A stretch of 38,439 bases of DNA from Burkholderiales bacterium (GTDB taxonomy: Bacteria; Pseudomonadota; Gammaproteobacteria; Burkholderiales; SG8-39), in NCBI GenBank assembly GCA_919902965.1, contig CAKKSJ010000395.1, positions 1 to 38,439 of the forward strand, read 5' to 3'. Shown piece after piece: positions 34,404 through 38,439 of the stretch; the first letter of the stretch is position 1; each line of letters begins with the position of its first letter. Below the pieces are notes generated by a model, which did not search any database, was not told the origin of the DNA, and saw only the letters and a list, made by a program, of their open reading frames with translations. The translations under genes and the position numbers were made by a program.

Positions 34404-34447
34404 TTGACTGAATCGAACGATTTGATTAAAATGAGCGAATCGAACGA
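34404..34447 (+). promoter_or_regulatory. Promoter TTGACT-17 bp-TAAAAT with two 11-bp direct repeats GAATCGAACGA (34410-34420, 34437-34447); candidate Phd-type operator
   Basis: All elements read directly. GGAG RBS 7 nt upstream of the ATG at 34466. Confidence 0.5.
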
Positions 34448-34465
34448 AACAATTGGAGTCCGGCC

Positions 34466-34717
34466 ATGAAGACGTTTACTGCCAATGAGGCCAAGACCCG
34501 CTTCGGCGAGTTCATCGACCAGGCCCAGCGCGAGCCGGTGCGCGTGATGCGGCACGACCGGGTGGTCGGCGTGATGGTCAGCGCACAGGACTACGAGGCC
34601 ATGCGGGCGTTCTATGCCGACCGGCTGCGCCAGATCATCGACAAAACAGCCGATCAGGCCGCGCGCGCCGGCCTGACCGAAGAAGCGCTGGCTGCGCTGC
34701 TGGCCGATGAGAGCTGA
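34466..34717 (+). CDS. Phd/YefM-family antitoxin
   Basis: MKTFTANEAKTRFGEFIDQAQREPVRVMRHDRVVGVMVSAQDYEAM is the typical Phd N-terminal fold. 83 aa, overlaps the toxin gene by 11 nt. Confidence 0.85.
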   Translation: MKTFTANEAKTRFGEFIDQAQREPVRVMRHDRVVGVMVSAQDYEAMRAFYADRLRQIIDKTADQAARAGLTEEALAALLADES

Positions 34718-35147
34718 ACCGGGCGCACGTGTCGTCATCGACACCAACGTCTGGATCAGCGCATTTCTGATAAGAACCGGCACACCGGCCGCGTTGCTGC
34801 GCCAGGTGCTCGCGCGTGGCAGGCCCGTGTTTTCATCGCAGACCTACGCAGAACTCGAGGCGCGCTTGTGGAAACCGAAGTTCGACCGCTATTTGGGCAT
34901 GGACGATCGCACGGCTTTGCTCAACGACGCAGCTGCGCTAGCCCACTGGGTCGAGGTGCCGCCGGAGATTGCGGCACTAGCCTATTGCAGAGACGCCGAA
35001 GATGACAAATTCATCCATGCCGCATTGGCGGCAAAGGCACCCTGGCTGGTAACAGGCGATCGGGATTTGCTGGATCTGCCGCCGTTGCCCCGCTTGCTCA
35101 TACTTTCGCCGGCAGACGCATTGCAAATCCCCGAATTCTGCGCCTGA
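34707..35147 (+). CDS. PIN-domain toxin (PIN_3 / TIGR00305-like)
   Basis: VVIDTNVWISAFL ... CRDAEDDKFIHAALAAKAPWLVTGDRDLL carries the conserved acidic residues of this PIN subgroup. Confidence 0.85.
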   Translation: MRAEPGARVVIDTNVWISAFLIRTGTPAALLRQVLARGRPVFSSQTYAELEARLWKPKFDRYLGMDDRTALLNDAAALAHWVEVPPEIAALAYCRDAEDDKFIHAALAAKAPWLVTGDRDLLDLPPLPRLLILSPADALQIPEFCA

Positions 35148-35195
35148 CCCGTCGCGCGAGGACCGCTGGCGGGAGAGGCGGAAGATGTCATCGTA

Positions 35196-35450
35196 CTAGT
35201 AATGAAAACGGCACTGGTGAACGGTGACCCCGGTCTTGTCCGCCGAATAGACCAGGCGGTGCTCGCCATCGATCCGCCGCGACCAACACCCCTGCAGCAG
35301 GTGTTTGAGCGGCTCCGGCTTACCCAGCCCGTCGAACGGCGCACGCAAAGTGTCCGCGAGCAGGAGGTCGATGCGCTTCGCCACTTTGCGGTCCTGCGCC
35401 AGCCACCAGTTGTAGTCTTCCCACCCCTGGGGCGTAAATTTCAGCAGCAT
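35196..35450 (-). CDS. yoeB: YoeB/Txe-family toxin (ribosome-dependent mRNA interferase)
   Basis: MLLKFTPQGWEDYNWWLAQDRKVAKRIDLLLADTLRAPFDGLGKPEPLKHLLQGCWSRRIDGEHRLVYSADKTGVTVHQCRFHY is a full-length YoeB pattern (84 aa). It is the downstream part of track ORF 35196..35714. Confidence 0.9.
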   Translation of the reverse strand: MLLKFTPQGWEDYNWWLAQDRKVAKRIDLLLADTLRAPFDGLGKPEPLKHLLQGCWSRRIDGEHRLVYSADKTGVTVHQCRFHY

Positions 35451-35707
35451 TACTTCAGGTTGGCGAGCTTGCGCACCCGCGCCTTGCCCTTCTTTGCTCC
35501 GGCAACCGAATCGAGCAGGCGCCTCGCGTTGGCGGGGCTGCGCAGGAGGTGCAGCGTTTCCTGCCAGGACTCGTAGTCTTCCAGCGACATCAGCACCGCC
35601 GAGGTGCCGTTCTGCCGTGTGATGATGATGCCGTCGCGCTCGCGGTGGACCTGGTCCATGACTTTGGCGAAGCGGGCGCGGGCATTGCTGTAGGAGATCG
35701 CTTCCAT
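35450..35707 (-). CDS. yefM: YefM-family antitoxin
   Basis: MEAISYSNARARFAKVMDQVHRERDGIIITRQNGTSAVLMSLEDYESWQETLHLLRSPANARRLLDS is colinear with E. coli YefM as I recall it. Its stop shares 1 nt with the yoeB ATG (TAATG). Confidence 0.9.
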   Translation of the reverse strand: MEAISYSNARARFAKVMDQVHRERDGIIITRQNGTSAVLMSLEDYESWQETLHLLRSPANARRLLDSVAGAKKGKARVRKLANLK

Positions 35708-35725
35708 GAGGCACTCGTCCATATA

Positions 35726-35752
35726 TTTGTACAGGTACAGATTATTGTACGT
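35726..35752 (-). promoter_or_regulatory. Candidate YefM-YoeB operator: three GTAC-core hexamers (TGTACA 35728, GGTACA 35734, TGTACG 35746), downstream of TTGACA (complement of ~35772-35777)
   Basis: Read directly. The E. coli yefM-yoeB operator is built from palindromes with a TGTACA core (established knowledge). Confidence 0.5.
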
Positions 35753-35978
35753 AGCGACACGGATGTCAAGCTATGCGCGGGAGGTTCGAGGGTCGGGCCG
35801 GGCCTCGCCGGCGATTGCGGCACAAGCTGCCTGGTAGTCGAGATTCCGCGCGGCGTTCGGGCAGCTACAAGCCGAGCGACTTCGCCGGCAGTCCAAGCGC
35901 CAAGCCGAGAAGTTGCGTGTAGAGCAGGGTTGCGATGGCCGGGTCGGGGCTGTCCGCCTGGACCGCGCCGCGCGCGGC

Positions 35979-37358
35979 TCAGGTCGAAAGGACGGCAGCT
36001 TTACCCGCGATGCGGCCGTACACGAGCGCGCGCAACATGGCGACTGCATTCGGTGCGCTGCCGTAGAAATGCCCGGTGATTTCTCCTGCTGCGTAGAGTC
36101 CGCGGATCGGTCCCTCGGCGCCGAGCACGCGCGTGTCGCTGTCGGTTTCGATGCCGCCGAAGGTATACGCGATGGCCCCCACCAGCGGCCAGGCGAGGAA
36201 AGGCGCGCGCGCGAGCGGCCGCGCCCAGTTGGATTTGGGCGGTGACAGGCCCGGCGCGCTCGCCAGTCCGTCCTTGCGCGTCGCGTCGAAGGGCGAGCTG
36301 TCGGCGGGGCAGGCGGCGTTGTAGTCGGCGACGGTCCTGACAAGGTTCGCAGGCGGCACGCCCAGCTGCGTCGCCAGCGCGGCGATGGAATCGGCGCGCA
36401 GCGGCGGCAGCTCGGAACGGATGGCGCGCTCGTAGCCGGGAATATCGAGCAGCGCAGCGTCGAGGATCGCGTAGGCGGTGCGCCCTGGCAGCGAAAAATG
36501 GATGTCGCGGGCGAACTTCTCCCAGGTCTCGTGCATCAGGCCCGCGCCTTCATCGAAAAATCGCTCGCCGTTGCGGTCGACCACGATGCCGTAGGGATAC
36601 ACCAGCACCACCGGCGCCGAGGCCTGGCTGCGCGCATCCACCGGTTCGATATGCATGCCGTTCCAGTCGCCCGAGCGGCGCGCGCCGGCTTCCAGCGCCG
36701 CGCGTATGCCGCCGCCGTCGTTGTAGGAGGTGCCGGGGGAGATCGGCCGCAGGCTTTCGCCACCCGGACCGAAGAGCTGCAGCAGCATCCCGGTGTTGCC
36801 TTCGAAGCCGCCGCAGGCGAGCACTACGGCGTCGGCGCGCATGACCGTCGCAGCGGGGCCGGTTTCGACGCCGACGACGCGTCCGTCCTCGAGCAAAAGC
36901 CGGCGCAGTTCGTGTGCGTAGAGCAATTCGATCCCCGCGGCCTTGGCCGCGCGCGACAGCACATCGAACAGCACCCCGATGGGGCCGACCGGCTGGATGC
37001 GGGCGGGACCCTTGGCTAGGTAATAGGGCGGTGTGTGGAAGCTTATGCCCTTGGCTTGCAGCCATTGCGCCGTCGCCGGAGCCTCCGCAGCGAGGCGTTC
37101 GAAATAGGCGCGGTCCGCGCGGCCGGAAGACTGCGCCATGATTTCGTCCACGAACGTGGCTTCCATCGCCTCGGGTGCGCGCATGCGGATATTGGACGGG
37201 CTCCAGCGGCTGCCGCCGCCGCATGCTGCCTCGGGCGCCCGGTCGAGGATGCTTACGCGGGCGTCGATATTCGATTCGCGTGCCGCCTCCACCGCGGCGA
37301 GCGCGGCGCACAGGCCGGCTGCCCCGCCTCCGATTATGAGGATGTTGCCCTGGACCAT
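35979..37358 (-). CDS. FAD-dependent oxidoreductase of the fumarate reductase / tricarballylate dehydrogenase (TcuA-like) family
   Basis: ILIIGGGAAGLCAALAA dinucleotide fold, VVLACGGFEGN, and GLYAAGEITGHFYGSAPNAVAMLRALVYGRIAG at the C-terminus. 459 aa. Confidence 0.8.
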   Translation of the reverse strand: MVQGNILIIGGGAAGLCAALAAVEAARESNIDARVSILDRAPEAACGGGSRWSPSNIRMRAPEAMEATFVDEIMAQSSGRADRAYFERLAAEAPATAQWLQAKGISFHTPPYYLAKGPARIQPVGPIGVLFDVLSRAAKAAGIELLYAHELRRLLLEDGRVVGVETGPAATVMRADAVVLACGGFEGNTGMLLQLFGPGGESLRPISPGTSYNDGGGIRAALEAGARRSGDWNGMHIEPVDARSQASAPVVLVYPYGIVVDRNGERFFDEGAGLMHETWEKFARDIHFSLPGRTAYAILDAALLDIPGYERAIRSELPPLRADSIAALATQLGVPPANLVRTVADYNAACPADSSPFDATRKDGLASAPGLSPPKSNWARPLARAPFLAWPLVGAIAYTFGGIETDSDTRVLGAEGPIRGLYAAGEITGHFYGSAPNAVAMLRALVYGRIAGKAAVLST

Positions 37359-37392
37359 AGCCTGCGTTGTTCGAAGACGCTGATGAAGAACA

Positions 37393-38439
37393 TCACACCC
37401 ACAGGATCTTGTTGCGGTATTCGAGGTCGGCCAAAAGCGGCTCGGCGGGTCCCTGATGGAATACCGCGCCCCGATCGAGCGCGAACACGCGGTCGGCCAG
37501 CGCCAGCACCAGATCCAGGTTGTGCTCGACGATCAGGATGGAAACCTGTTTGCGCAGCAGGTCAAACGCAGAGAACAGTTCCTGCACGATGGTCGGCGCC
37601 AAGCCCTCGAAGGGCTCGTCCAGCAGCAACAGGCGGACATTGCCGGAAAGCGCGCGCGCCACGGCGAGCATCTGCTGTTCCCCGCCGGACAGGTAATCGG
37701 CCGGTGTCTGCATGCGGTCCTTCAGGCGCGGAAAATATTGCAGAATCTCCTCCTCGTGCCATACGACGCCGTGGCTGCCGTCGGTTGCGCGCGCGAGGCG
37801 CCCGAGCGTGAGGTTGTCGGCCACCGTCATGCCGGCGAACAGGCCGCGCCCCTGCGGCACATAGCCGATTCCCAGGCGGGCGATAGCCGGCGCCCCTGCC
37901 TGCGCGATATTGATTCCCTCGAATTCGATCCTTCCGGAGGCGCAGTCTACCAGTCCGCACAGGGTCCTCAGCAAGGTGGTCTTGCCCGCGCCGTTGCGGC
38001 CCACCAGCGCCACGATCTCGCCCTCACGCACGTCCAGCGTCGCGTCGTTGAGGATGTGGCTCTTGCCATAGAACGCGTTGACGGCCTCGAAGCGCAGCAG
38101 TTCGGCGCGATCAAGCGCCTCGCCGGCGAGGCGGCCGGTGACCAGCGGCGTTCCGGTTCCGGTGTAGACCTCCTGTACGCGGCGGTCGGCTCTCACCTCG
38201 TCCGGGGTGCCCTCCATCAGCACCTCGCCCTCGTTCATTACCGTGACTCGATGGGACAAGTCGAGCACGCGGTCGAGGTCGTGTTCGACGATCAGAACCG
38301 GAATGTCGGCGGCGATGTTTTTCACCAGCTTGGACACGCGCTCGCGTTCGGCCGCCGCAAGGCCCGCCAGCGGTTCGTCTAGCAGCAGCACGCGCGGTTT
38401 TGCGCCCATGGCGATACCCAGGTCCACCAGTCGCTGCCC
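37393..38439 (-). CDS. Branched-chain amino acid-type ABC ATPase, fused LivG-like and LivF-like domains. 5' end lies outside the window.
   Basis: Frame is open to the window edge (GQRLVDLGIAMGAKPRVLLLDEPLAGL is the end of a first ATPase domain). A linker follows, then a complete second domain (GRNGAGKTTLL, LSGGEQQMLAVARAL, LLLLDEP). Confidence 0.85.
   Translation of the reverse strand, partial: GQRLVDLGIAMGAKPRVLLLDEPLAGLAAAERERVSKLVKNIAADIPVLIVEHDLDRVLDLSHRVTVMNEGEVLMEGTPDEVRADRRVQEVYTGTGTPLVTGRLAGEALDRAELLRFEAVNAFYGKSHILNDATLDVREGEIVALVGRNGAGKTTLLRTLCGLVDCASGRIEFEGINIAQAGAPAIARLGIGYVPQGRGLFAGMTVADNLTLGRLARATDGSHGVVWHEEEILQYFPRLKDRMQTPADYLSGGEQQMLAVARALSGNVRLLLLDEPFEGLAPTIVQELFSAFDLLRKQVSILIVEHNLDLVLALADRVFALDRGAVFHQGPAEPLLADLEYRNKILWV

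Noticed and set aside
1-38439. CRISPR arrays, rRNA or tRNA genes, IS elements, integrases, phage genes
   Set aside because: I saw no regularly spaced repeats, no tRNA-like T-arm or acceptor patterns, no conserved rRNA, tmRNA or RNase P motifs, and no transposase- or integrase-like translations on either strand. A tRNAscan, Infernal or ISfinder run would be the decisive check.

Overview
Visibly GC-rich (I estimate mid-60s %, not computed), densely coding chromosomal segment with a Gram-negative, proteobacterium-like gene repertoire. I found no rRNA, tRNA, CRISPR array, transposase or integrase.

Left to right:
(1) The 5' end of a membrane sensor gene, then an unusual ~0.9-kb non-coding stretch carrying a G10 tract, four CGTACAT heptamers (two of them forming a perfect 11-bp palindrome) and an orphan promoter/terminator pair.
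(2) A divergent LysR regulator plus a ~10.4-kb same-strand operon. It encodes a split glycine-dehydrogenase-like PLP decarboxylase (PA/PB) with no T/H/L partners, a translationally coupled COG3199/AcoX-like kinase, a family-5 ABC importer (its DppC-like permease carries an in-frame TGA) and an acetylpolyamine-amidohydrolase/HDAC-like enzyme.
(3) vapBC whose toxin stop overlaps the start of an MFS transporter.
(4) An Ala/Pro-rich lipoprotein divergent from an OmpR/EnvZ-type two-component pair.
(5) An aldo/keto-reductase remnant, FprA-type ferredoxin-NADP reductase, DMT transporter, dodecin and MATE exporter.
(6) A MarR-headed cluster: divergent type II dehydroquinase-like protein, two cupins, GST, IolD/ALS-like ThDP enzyme and an MBL hydrolase.
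(7) A YbhGFSR-like HlyD/double-ATPase/ABC-2 exporter with one frameshifted permease.
(8) A toxin-antitoxin islet abutting a truncated ABC permease: a decayed DUF433/DUF5615 pair, an intact Phd/PIN pair and an intact YefM/YoeB pair.
(9) A TcuA-like flavoprotein and a fused LivG-LivF ATPase that runs off the window.

Best candidates for something new are the orphan P-protein-like operon and the MarR cyclitol/hydroaromatic-like cluster. At least five genes here are disrupted or truncated.

Coordinates of sub-60-aa and motif features were counted by eye against the ORF track and may be off by 1-2 nt.
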